Source of the DNA: a virus
DNA: 64,000 bases
IMG/VR virus record: IMGVR_UViG_3300049893_000773
Coordinates: 1-64,000 of that record
Reading direction: 5' to 3' (one strand)
Both the position numbers and the translations under genes were made by a program. Each line of letters starts with the position of its first letter. Positions within the stretch are counted from its first letter, which is position 1. The notes beneath the pieces are model-generated. The model saw only the letters and a program-made list of their open reading frames with translations, did no database searches and was not told the origin of the DNA. Below, piece after piece: positions 45,731 to 53,789 of this stretch.

Positions 45731-46519
45731 ATGAGCAAAGTAAAGGAAAGTAGGTTGCCTGTTCAGTTTATCAAGCCCGGTGACATTCGGGCCATGGTAA
45801 ATTGGCTTGAGCTTCCCCAGAACCATGATGCGGCAGTCAATGCAATCGCAGTGGTTCCTGATTCGCGACGCGATTCTGCCTTCGTGGATTTCTTGGCTTC
45901 TTCCCCAGCATTTCAGGGGTGGGAATACAATCAAATTGCCCACGCAGTAGATCAAGCCAATGAAATGGATCTAATGGAGACGAAAATGAAACAGAGCGAA
46001 CTGAAGAAGATGGTATCGGAAGCCGTAAAGGGCGGAATCCGCAAGGCAATGCAAGAGAACAAGAGCAAGCCAAAGGCACGGATCACCAAGACCGCTCTGG
46101 CTGAGGCTGTCCGCAAGGCAGTTCGTGCTTCTCTTCAGGAGATGGGCATGCCAGGGGCCGCAATGCCTCCAGCGGGCAAGCCAGCCGGTGCAGCAATGAC
46201 TGCTCCAACCCAGGAGGGTGTTTCGGACGGTGATCCAAAGAGAGGAAGTTCCACCTTTGGTCAGCTTCCTTCTCCAGAGGAGCTTCAAATGGCCATTGAC
46301 GAGCTTGGTGGCTGGTCGATGACCCTTCGCGGCTCGGATGCTCGTTCTTTCGATGCAGCAATGGCTCAAGCGGGCATGGACTCGGGCGAAGCAGAGATGA
46401 TGATGGATACCGGAGAGGGTATGCACAAGGTCATTTCCGCTCTCATGGATTCTGGCGATGAGAATGCTGAGAGCCTTGCCTCTGGCATCATGGACGTTCT
46501 TGGCTGGGAGTGGATCTGA
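45731..46519 (+). CDS. Hypothetical protein with internal helix tags
   Basis: MKQSELKKMVSEAV (GGAG RBS at 45986) and ITKTALAEAVRKAVRASLQE. Confidence 0.55.
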   Translation: MSKVKESRLPVQFIKPGDIRAMVNWLELPQNHDAAVNAIAVVPDSRRDSAFVDFLASSPAFQGWEYNQIAHAVDQANEMDLMETKMKQSELKKMVSEAVKGGIRKAMQENKSKPKARITKTALAEAVRKAVRASLQEMGMPGAAMPPAGKPAGAAMTAPTQEGVSDGDPKRGSSTFGQLPSPEELQMAIDELGGWSMTLRGSDARSFDAAMAQAGMDSGEAEMMMDTGEGMHKVISALMDSGDENAESLASGIMDVLGWEWI

Positions 46520-46809
46520 TGAAGGTCAAAGACCTGAAAGCAATGATCCAAGAAGCCGTGCAGAAGGCTTTGAAGGAAGAGATGGATCGTCCGGTAGACG
46601 CCTCCGACCTGGATGACGCTACTCAGCTTTTGATGTTGATTTCCGGTCGAATCATGTCTGCTCACGGCAAAGATGTGCCTGCCAAGGCAATTCAGGCTGC
46701 AATTCACCACATCGAACAGGCCGATGGAATTCTCGCAGCAGCCGGTTTGAAAGCAGACGAAGCTGATGTGCGCGGAATTGCTGAGTCAAAGGGCCAGCAA
46801 AAAAGATAA
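46519..46809 (+). CDS. Small protein with N-terminal helix tag
   Basis: MKVKDLKAMIQEAVQKALKEE. Confidence 0.6.
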   Translation: MKVKDLKAMIQEAVQKALKEEMDRPVDASDLDDATQLLMLISGRIMSAHGKDVPAKAIQAAIHHIEQADGILAAAGLKADEADVRGIAESKGQQKR

Positions 46810-46841
46810 GTCAATACTTATCGGGGAGAGAGTAAGAAAAC

Positions 46842-47330
46842 ATGGCTACAACACTTGGCGTAGAAGACCTCCTGGCGACGAAGTTTGAACCACTCGCCAA
46901 GCGTAGATTCATCCTGGCAATCGAAGGTATTGACGCCTTCCTTGTCAAGTCGGCATCTCGTCCAACCTTCACAACGGAAGAAGTCGCAATTCCATACGTC
47001 AACGTAACTCGTTACGTTGGTGGAAAGACGACCTTCAACACGATGACGGTCACGATGCACGACGCTGTTGGTCCTTCGGGAGCCCAGCAGGTCATGGAAT
47101 GGATTCGTGCAAAGTTCGAGTCCGTCACCGGACGTGAGGGTTACTCGGACTTCTACAAGCGTGACATCCAGTTGAAGCTCCTTGATCCAGTCGGAACGGT
47201 TGTTCAGCTCTGGGACATCAAGGGTGCATTCATCACGGAAGCAAACTTCAACGACCTGTCCTACGAAGGATCGGATCTCACTGAGATTTCGCTCACCCTC
47301 CGCTACGACAACGCAGTTCTGCAATACTGA
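46842..47330 (+). CDS. Tail tube protein (T4 gp19-like)
   Basis: FEP..KRRF, ASRP, YVGGK, QVMEW, YKRDI.LKLLDPVG..V..W.I.GAF, LTLRYD. Confidence 0.9.
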   Translation: MATTLGVEDLLATKFEPLAKRRFILAIEGIDAFLVKSASRPTFTTEEVAIPYVNVTRYVGGKTTFNTMTVTMHDAVGPSGAQQVMEWIRAKFESVTGREGYSDFYKRDIQLKLLDPVGTVVQLWDIKGAFITEANFNDLSYEGSDLTEISLTLRYDNAVLQY

Positions 47331-47368
47331 GAAGTGGCCTTCGGGCCTACTCTTGCAGGATTCGAGTC

Positions 47369-48277
47369 TTATCTTCCTTTCCTTCTTTTTGCTTCAGCAT
47401 CTTGGTTGCACTCTTGGCAGTAGGGGACTGCCAGGACCCAGCCTTCCTGGTTGTGGTACTCCACCACTTCCTGCAAGATGCTGTTGTAGAGACGACTGCC
47501 TGAATCAAAGATTTCCCTCGGTTGGTCGTAATCCCTCATCACCTCTTCAGCCGTGGTTGCCAGCTTGTTGAGTGCAATCAGGATGATTTCGTGGAAAAGA
47601 GGGTTTTGGTGGTGAACCTGCTTGCCTTCTGCTGCTCGACAGTGGAAGCAAGGAGGGATGCCGTGGAACATCTGAACGTACTTCGAATACACCTGCCCAC
47701 GCCATTGGATGTTGATTTCCGGGCTTTCACGAATAAGCTCGGAAAGGCGCGAGAAGGCATTCTTCTTTGGAGCAACCGTGTGCATGACTACCCTGTCAAG
47801 GACAGGGGTTGGAGTAGGCGCAGGAGGCTCCACGGGAGCTTCTGGAGCCTTCTCTGGTGTCCCCAGGAGTACCTGCTGTTCCTGCACGGGACGCTCCTTC
47901 TTGGGCTTCAAGAGAGCCGCAGGGCTGGGCTTCTTCCGCCGCACCAAACTGGCTTGGAGGGAGACGAGGGAGGTGGGTTGCAGGAGCATGGCGAGGATCA
48001 AGGAACGAACTCCGTGCTTGAATTCTGGCCCGCTTGTCCCACAGAAAGGGCGGTGATACTTCTGCTCGTAGACCTTGAAGAAGTCCCTCTTGTGTCCATC
48101 GTCGAGGAAGTGGTCCCACAAAGGACCCCAGCGAAGGAAGGTGAGAGTGCAAGGGCAACCTGGGACGGGGCAACGAACGCCAGAGCTATTCTTGCTGAAG
48201 AAAGCATCCAGGTCGTTCCTGACCTCCTCCTCTTTCCTGTTCCTCTGTTCGGTCATGAGTGCGAAAAATGTCTTCAT
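47369..48277 (-). CDS. Zinc-finger plus HNH-like hypothetical protein
   Basis: CPVPGC...H....H (C2H2-like); CFHC...VHH...CQEC. Confidence 0.55.
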   Translation of the reverse strand: MKTFFALMTEQRNRKEEEVRNDLDAFFSKNSSGVRCPVPGCPCTLTFLRWGPLWDHFLDDGHKRDFFKVYEQKYHRPFCGTSGPEFKHGVRSLILAMLLQPTSLVSLQASLVRRKKPSPAALLKPKKERPVQEQQVLLGTPEKAPEAPVEPPAPTPTPVLDRVVMHTVAPKKNAFSRLSELIRESPEINIQWRGQVYSKYVQMFHGIPPCFHCRAAEGKQVHHQNPLFHEIILIALNKLATTAEEVMRDYDQPREIFDSGSRLYNSILQEVVEYHNQEGWVLAVPYCQECNQDAEAKRRKGR

Positions 48278-48329
48278 GCAAACAGCGTAGCATCTACAGG
48301 GCTAAGAATCCACCTCATAGTTACCAAAG

Positions 48330-48788
48330 ATGATGAAAGAGCTTGAGGAGTTTATTCTTGAATTTGCTCGCAGGGAAGTCAAAAAAGCCCTGGACGAGGA
48401 CAAGAAGTATTACCGCAAATCCAAGTGGCACCCGGATAACCTCCGTCTGGGGAACAAGAACCTGGATATGGATGCCCACAAGAGCAAGCAAGAACACGAG
48501 ATGGCCTTGCTCAAGTCTCAGGTGACGGCTGTACTCCAAGCGATCGAGGAGTATCCCCCACCAGAGGTGCTGGTCACTGACCCAAAGACCAAGAGGCAGG
48601 AGCAAGTCCCTGACACGAAGTCCAAGCAGTTGGCCGTGGAAACCGCAGCAAAGGTCCTTAAAGGCATCACCACCCCAAAGAAGAACATCCACGCCCTAGC
48701 TGTGTACATCGTCGCTCTTGGCATCTTCCCCAGGGTTCCTTTCACCTCCTTGGTGCGTGCCCTGGTTGAAATTTTCGAAAAGCGATAA
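48330..48788 (+). CDS. Hypothetical late protein
   Basis: TAGTTA 6 nt before the ATG; N-terminal acidic helix. Confidence 0.55.
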   Translation: MMKELEEFILEFARREVKKALDEDKKYYRKSKWHPDNLRLGNKNLDMDAHKSKQEHEMALLKSQVTAVLQAIEEYPPPEVLVTDPKTKRQEQVPDTKSKQLAVETAAKVLKGITTPKKNIHALAVYIVALGIFPRVPFTSLVRALVEIFEKR

Positions 48789-48891
48789 CCGTTAACCATC
48801 CCTGAAAATCCGACGGAAATTCTTCAAGCTACTATGTACGGGCATGAGCACGCAAATTCGTGCCCAAAACAAGAAAAGGACTTGAAGAACA

Positions 48892-49752
48892 ATGTCGGGA
48901 ATGTCTCCAGAAGATGAGAGGGCGGTAAAGAACGCCATTTTTGCTGCTCGCCAAGCTGCTGAGGGTGCGGCAAAGAGTGGTCCTGTTCCAATGCAGGAAA
49001 TTCAGATTCCTAGTGCACAGGTCCCACTCCCAAGCCGTGGCGTGGTGTACCCACCAGAGTCGCCTTTGCATGGGCAGGAATTCGTCGATATCAAGGCCAT
49101 GACGACGCAAGAGGAGGACATCCTCATGTCCCGTGCCTTGATCAAGAAGGGTACGGTTATCAACGAGTTGATCCGTGCTTGCTTGTTGACCCCAGGAGTG
49201 ACGGTCAACGACCTGCTTGCAGGGGATCGAAACGCCTTGATGGTGGCTATTCGTATCACCGGGTACGGGCCAGAGTACGTGCCGATCGTTCAGTGCCCAT
49301 CTTGCGAGCAGAAGAACGAGTATCCAATCAACCTGAGCGATCTTGAGATCAAATCGCTGGATATCGAGCCTGTTGCACCTGGAATGAATAGGTTCGCCTT
49401 CAAGCTTCCAGTGTCTCAGAAGGTGGTCCACTTCCGCTTCCTGACAGGCAAGGAGGAGGAAGAGATCGCTGCCCAGGTGGAGGCCAAGAAGAAGAAGGGA
49501 TTTGCCGTGGACAACGTTGTGTCCACCCGCCTGCTTTTCTCTGTCCTCTCGGTTGATGGGAACGAAGATCGCTCCCACATTGCCAAGACGATCACCTATC
49601 TCCCAGCAAGGGACTCGTTGATGCTCCGTCGGTATATGGAGACGCATGAGCCGGGAATTGACATGCGCTGCTCGTTTGAGTGCCCAAACTGTGGGCACAC
49701 GGAGGTGGTAGCGGTCCCAATGGGCGCTAGCTTTTTTTGGCCTAACTCCTGA
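48892..49752 (+). CDS. Baseplate-hub/tail assembly chaperone (T4 gp26-like)
   Basis: VPLPSRG..YP, MTTQEEDIL, DLLAGDRNALMVAIRITGYG, CPSC, CPNCG...FFWP. Confidence 0.75.
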   Translation: MSGMSPEDERAVKNAIFAARQAAEGAAKSGPVPMQEIQIPSAQVPLPSRGVVYPPESPLHGQEFVDIKAMTTQEEDILMSRALIKKGTVINELIRACLLTPGVTVNDLLAGDRNALMVAIRITGYGPEYVPIVQCPSCEQKNEYPINLSDLEIKSLDIEPVAPGMNRFAFKLPVSQKVVHFRFLTGKEEEEIAAQVEAKKKKGFAVDNVVSTRLLFSVLSVDGNEDRSHIAKTITYLPARDSLMLRRYMETHEPGIDMRCSFECPNCGHTEVVAVPMGASFFWPNS

Positions 49753-50011
49753 AGACAGGACCAAGGTAATCCTTGAGCCGTACTTCCTTTTGGGATATTA
49801 CTTCGGAATGACAAGCTGGAACGACTACTATCGTTTCCCGGTTGCCTACCGAAGGTGGTTGATCAAGAGGATCAACGAGGAGATCCAGAAAGCAGCAGAG
49901 GCTCAAAACGGTCAAACCAGCAAGGGAGCACACGACAACACGCCCGATGTGAGAGCCCTTACGGGCAAAACAAGGCAAAATGTTCCCGCGAAGCTCCGCA
50001 GGTTCACTTGA
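49733..50011 (+). CDS. Frameshift-accessed C-terminal extension of the tail chaperone
   Basis: The +1 frame is open from the T7 run: FFGLTPEDRTKVILEPYFLLGYYFGMTSWNDYYRFPVAYRRWLIKRINEE... No convincing independent RBS. Confidence 0.6.
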   Translation, partial: FFGLTPEDRTKVILEPYFLLGYYFGMTSWNDYYRFPVAYRRWLIKRINEEIQKAAEAQNGQTSKGAHDNTPDVRALTGKTRQNVPAKLRRFT

Positions 50012-50043
50012 GACATGGGATTCCCTATTTACTGAGGAATCCA

Positions 50044-50751
50044 ATGGCATCATCTCCCCTTCACGAATACATCAAGGCGGCTATTGAGCTCTATCTTCTT
50101 GAAGACTTCGATGCCTCAACGAAGCCTGTAAGAAAGCCAGGAACCACTGCACCTCCCGCCCAACAGCAGACCTTCAACTTCAACGAGTTTCGTGCTCTGA
50201 AGGACCTGGATTCCGTTCTTGAGTATGTCAAGAAGACCTTGGGACGTTCTCTCCTTGGAGAGGGACAAGGACGGCTTGTCTACAGCCTTGGCAATGGCCG
50301 GGTGTTGAAGGTTGCCAAGGATCAAGGGGGAGTTGGCCAGAACCAGAGCGAGGCGAATGTGTGCGCCAGTTCGGCTGATGTTGTGACCTTGTTCCCCAAG
50401 GTTTTCGAGAGCAGCCCTTCGCACTTTTGGCTTGTCACGGAAGAAGCCAAGCCAATGACCGAGGAAGCCTTCAAGACCCTGACAGGACTTCCCTGGAGGA
50501 TGTTCTGGTCCGCTCTCAAGGGAGCCTTTGCTGGGAAAGCCTCGAATGTCACCCAAGCAGACCAACAGAACTACGCCCAGGCTTCGGCAAATCAGTTTTT
50601 CGCCAGAGTCGTCAAGGCAATTCGAGATTGCAGGTATGAGCCGGGTGATATTGCCAAGCTGGATTCCTGGGGAATTGTTGGAGGCAAGCCTGTAATCATC
50701 GACTCCGGGTTTACGGAAGCTGTGAACAAGGCTTACTATTCCAACGGCTAG
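50044..50751 (+). CDS. Protein-kinase-like protein 2 (paralog of 37586-38284)
   Basis: LGEGQGRLVY, VLKVA, QNQSE, DIAKLDSWG, VIIDSGF; TATTTA at 50026 and GAGG RBS. Confidence 0.65.
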   Translation: MASSPLHEYIKAAIELYLLEDFDASTKPVRKPGTTAPPAQQQTFNFNEFRALKDLDSVLEYVKKTLGRSLLGEGQGRLVYSLGNGRVLKVAKDQGGVGQNQSEANVCASSADVVTLFPKVFESSPSHFWLVTEEAKPMTEEAFKTLTGLPWRMFWSALKGAFAGKASNVTQADQQNYAQASANQFFARVVKAIRDCRYEPGDIAKLDSWGIVGGKPVIIDSGFTEAVNKAYYSNG

Positions 50752-50798
50752 GCAGCGGTAGTGGCAACATCTCTGCCAGGAAGTAGCATCTTACACCA

Positions 50799-51368
50799 AT
50801 GAGTAAACTGGAAGTCATTTGCGGCCCAATGTTTGCGGGCAAAACAGAAGAGCTGATTCGTCGGGTAAAGAGGTGCACTCTTTCCGGCCAATCCATCCAG
50901 GTGTTCAAGCCATCCATGGATTACCGATACGGAGTTGAACGTATTGTGTCTCACGGTAAGACTGACCTGGAGACGGCAACAGGTGTCAAGCCCATGCCAA
51001 TCAGCACGACCGAGCGGTTCATCGTAAGGGATGAAACGAAGGTGGTTGCCTTTGACGAGGTACAGTTCTTTGATCCCGAGTGGATTGTGCCTGTTGTGGA
51101 TGGGCTTCTTGCAGACGGAATAAGAGTCATCTGTGCCGGACTCGACATGAATACCTACGGCGAGCCTTTTGGAGCCGTTCCAGCCCTCCTGGCCAAGGCC
51201 GATGAAGTCACGAAGCTCAAGGCTATCTGTGTGAAGTGCAAGCAGGATGCTGGAAGGACCTACAGGGAGCTTCCATATGCGAAGACAGGGGAAGCCGTCG
51301 AGGTTGGTGGACACGGCCTCTATGAGCCTCGCTGTGGAGCTTGCTGGAGCCCAACTCCCAGGAGTTGA
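50799..51368 (+). CDS. tdk: Thymidine kinase
   Basis: GPMFAGKTEEL, FKP..D.RY, FDEVQFF, AGLD, CxxC lasso, YEPRC. Confidence 0.93.
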   Translation: MSKLEVICGPMFAGKTEELIRRVKRCTLSGQSIQVFKPSMDYRYGVERIVSHGKTDLETATGVKPMPISTTERFIVRDETKVVAFDEVQFFDPEWIVPVVDGLLADGIRVICAGLDMNTYGEPFGAVPALLAKADEVTKLKAICVKCKQDAGRTYRELPYAKTGEAVEVGGHGLYEPRCGACWSPTPRS

Positions 51369-51433
51369 CTTTTTGGATAACAGCTTTACGCTTATCCTGT
51401 CAAGTCCATTTCCCCACCATTCTTAGGACTGCT

Positions 51434-52108
51434 ATGGAAGATAATCTGCAAGCCATCCTTGTCGCCAAGCTGAAGAACGAAAAGAGCAAGCTCTTTGAGG
51501 GCTCTCTGAACCGTATCATGTCTCACGTCAACAAGGCGAAGGAGGAGGGATTTGCAATTCTCACTTCCTGGCGTCAGTCCAACGACAAGAAGACCAATCT
51601 GGCGAACTTCCAGGCCCTACAAAGCTTCGTTCGAGCCAAGGGGCTGGGGTACATTCAGCTACGTGGACACTGGCGGGAATGCCAAGATACCTCCGTCCCC
51701 TACGATCAATGCCCTCCAGAGGAGCTTCTTGACATCGTTGAGCCCTCCTTGATGGTGTTCAAGATCGACCTGGAAACGGCAACCCGGCTGGGAAAGCACT
51801 TTGACCAGGATGCCGTTGTCTATGCTGGTCCAGAAACGGGTGGGCAGGTTCACCTTCAATTCAAGAACGGCGAAACCATGGACCTTGGCTCGTTCAACCC
51901 AATGACCATTGGACAGGCATACTCGGAGTACCGTTCCAAGCAAGACAAGGACCTCAAGAAGGGTCAATTGCCACGGGCAGAACGACACTTCACCTTCGAA
52001 GGGTACAGTTATCCCGCTCAATCCTTCATTGAGAAGCTTGCCGAGGCTGCTATTGAGAAGAACATTCGCCTTCTAAACGAAGGGCTTGAATCACTTCCAA
52101 AGAAGTAG
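51434..52108 (+). CDS. Hypothetical phage protein
   Basis: ILTSWR...N..L...GLGYI.L.G.W.E...E.S...DQDAV; AGGA RBS. Confidence 0.6.
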   Translation: MEDNLQAILVAKLKNEKSKLFEGSLNRIMSHVNKAKEEGFAILTSWRQSNDKKTNLANFQALQSFVRAKGLGYIQLRGHWRECQDTSVPYDQCPPEELLDIVEPSLMVFKIDLETATRLGKHFDQDAVVYAGPETGGQVHLQFKNGETMDLGSFNPMTIGQAYSEYRSKQDKDLKKGQLPRAERHFTFEGYSYPAQSFIEKLAEAAIEKNIRLLNEGLESLPKK

Positions 52109-52111
52109 CGC

Positions 52112-52660
52112 TCAAAGCTTCCCGATGTAGTCGAGCCCCATGTAGCCAAGCTCGAATCCACGGATTTCCCCGGTTTTCATCTTCATTCTGAAGTCCCTGA
52201 GCGGCATCTTGAGAATGGTAACGAATTCATTGGGGTCAAGCTTCTGACGATCCAGCTTCTTGGCATTGATCACCAGGACGCAGTGACGCCAGCCAGTGGA
52301 GTATGGGGAGTATGGGAGCTTTCCAAGATACGTGGCATCTCCAACGTACCCTGTCTCCTCCCTTAGCTCTCGGACGCCGCCCTCAAGTGGATTCTCCCCA
52401 ACGTCCAATCCCCCACCTGGGAGTTCCAACTCCATGCGTTCCTGACCCGGACGGAACTGTTGCACAAGGACAACATCGGCTTCGATCCCAGGCTCAGGCT
52501 TGGTGATGCACAGGACTTGGACCGAATCCTTGCCAACGTCCACAAAGAAGGTTTCCTCCAGCCCATTTGGAAGCTGGAAGGTCTTTACGGCGATCCTCTT
52601 GTGGAAGCCATCAGGGTGCACCAGCTTCAGAACTTTCTGTAGGAGCTTTTGGAACGGCAT
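52112..52660 (-). CDS. Nudix hydrolase (ADP-ribose pyrophosphatase-like)
   Basis: QFRP...ELPGG.LD.GE......RELREETGY Nudix box. Confidence 0.88.
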   Translation of the reverse strand: MPFQKLLQKVLKLVHPDGFHKRIAVKTFQLPNGLEETFFVDVGKDSVQVLCITKPEPGIEADVVLVQQFRPGQERMELELPGGGLDVGENPLEGGVRELREETGYVGDATYLGKLPYSPYSTGWRHCVLVINAKKLDRQKLDPNEFVTILKMPLRDFRMKMKTGEIRGFELGYMGLDYIGKL

Positions 52661-52762
52661 TTGTTTGCTGTTAAATAGGTCAAACCACCATCTTGGTACG
52701 GCATAATTGCCTTACAGTCTTCGCAACCTATTCCTCAAATACACGTCCCGATAGTCATGATC

Positions 52763-53443
52763 CTACTGAACCTTGCCGGAACGAACAGCGTTGGCAACCT
52801 TCTGAACGAAGCCGCCGAGTGACTGGTTGAAGGCTGCAAGCATGTTCAGGTCTTGCTTGCGCTGCATTGCCTTGACGAGAGCCTTGAGGGATTCCAAAAG
52901 TTGGTCGGCCTCCTTCACAGCTTGATCAAGCTTGACGGAATTCCTGATTTCAATGTCGCCACGGTCATATTCCTTCAATGCCTTGGCAACGCTTTCCTGG
53001 ATGAGTTTGACGAGATCGGACTTCTTCATTTTTTGCTCCTGCATTCCTTTGTAAACTAGGTGCCATGTCGGGACTTTCAGTCCAAAGCCACTGGCAACAT
53101 TCACTCTTCCCCTGCCATCCCCAATTTGAGTCATTTCTGGCGTTGTGATGACCACAATTGGAGGGATCTTGCCTGCTTTGAGCCACTTAGCAGCCATCAC
53201 ACCCCATTTGGGCCCACGAAACTGACCAAGCTCCGCAACCTTCTCCTCGTCGGACATTCCCTGGAAGGTGTCGGGGCGCAAGTCAAGCCAAGCATCCACG
53301 TCGTCGTACTGGCGAAGGTCATCAACTGAGAGGTCTCCCAGGAATTCCAAGTTGAAGTCTTCCAGCGACAACGGCTCATTGCTGAAATCCGATGCGTGGT
53401 CAATGGCATCAAGAAGGTCTTTCTGGGAGGGCTTCTCGTCCAT
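52763..53443 (-). CDS. ParB/Srx-like domain protein with C-terminal helix-tagged segment
   Basis: IPPIVV...IGDGRGRV; internal MKKSDLVKLIQESVAKALKE with a CAGGAG RBS (start 53029). Confidence 0.5.
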   Translation of the reverse strand: MDEKPSQKDLLDAIDHASDFSNEPLSLEDFNLEFLGDLSVDDLRQYDDVDAWLDLRPDTFQGMSDEEKVAELGQFRGPKWGVMAAKWLKAGKIPPIVVITTPEMTQIGDGRGRVNVASGFGLKVPTWHLVYKGMQEQKMKKSDLVKLIQESVAKALKEYDRGDIEIRNSVKLDQAVKEADQLLESLKALVKAMQRKQDLNMLAAFNQSLGGFVQKVANAVRSGKVQ

Positions 53444-53450
53444 GGCTTTC

Positions 53451-53717
53451 TCACAGTGGCCAAGGGAAACCAGTTTTGGCCTTGAAGTCAGCCGCAGCCA
53501 TGTTCTTCAGGCGCATCTTCTCGATCACAGATTCGATCGTGGCATCAGGCTTCTCCACTTCCTCCTGGAATGCCTTTGAAGCCATTACCACATCCGTGAG
53601 AGCCTTGATTTGTTCAGGGGTACCCTTGAGCTTGATGGAGGACTTTCCGCCCTGTAGGACGGCTACCAAGGAAGCGAAAAACAGTTTCCCTGTGGCTGAG
53701 AGTTTGTAATCTGACAT
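53451..53717 (-). CDS. Hypothetical protein
   Basis: MSDYKLSATGK...TGFPWPL; divergent from the tape measure gene. Confidence 0.55.
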   Translation of the reverse strand: MSDYKLSATGKLFFASLVAVLQGGKSSIKLKGTPEQIKALTDVVMASKAFQEEVEKPDATIESVIEKMRLKNMAAADFKAKTGFPWPL

Positions 53718-53789
53718 CGACTTCTTCCCGCGGTTAGCCGAAAACATCCGGCGAATTGGATACGAGTCTAATTATTCCCGAAGTAGCAG

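Noticed and set aside
40083-45955. Very long minus-strand ORFs (830 aa, 1103 aa) opposite the sheath genes, and similar ones opposite portal, scaffold, MCP and tape measure
   Set aside because: These are antisense shadows of strongly codon-biased genes, with no motifs, RBS or promoter; the plus strand has clear homologous motifs.
51363-51407. Imperfect inverted repeat after thymidine kinase (TTGAC...GGATAA / TTATCC...GTCAA)
   Set aside because: The stem is interrupted and lacks a U-tract; I cannot distinguish a terminator, operator or chance match.
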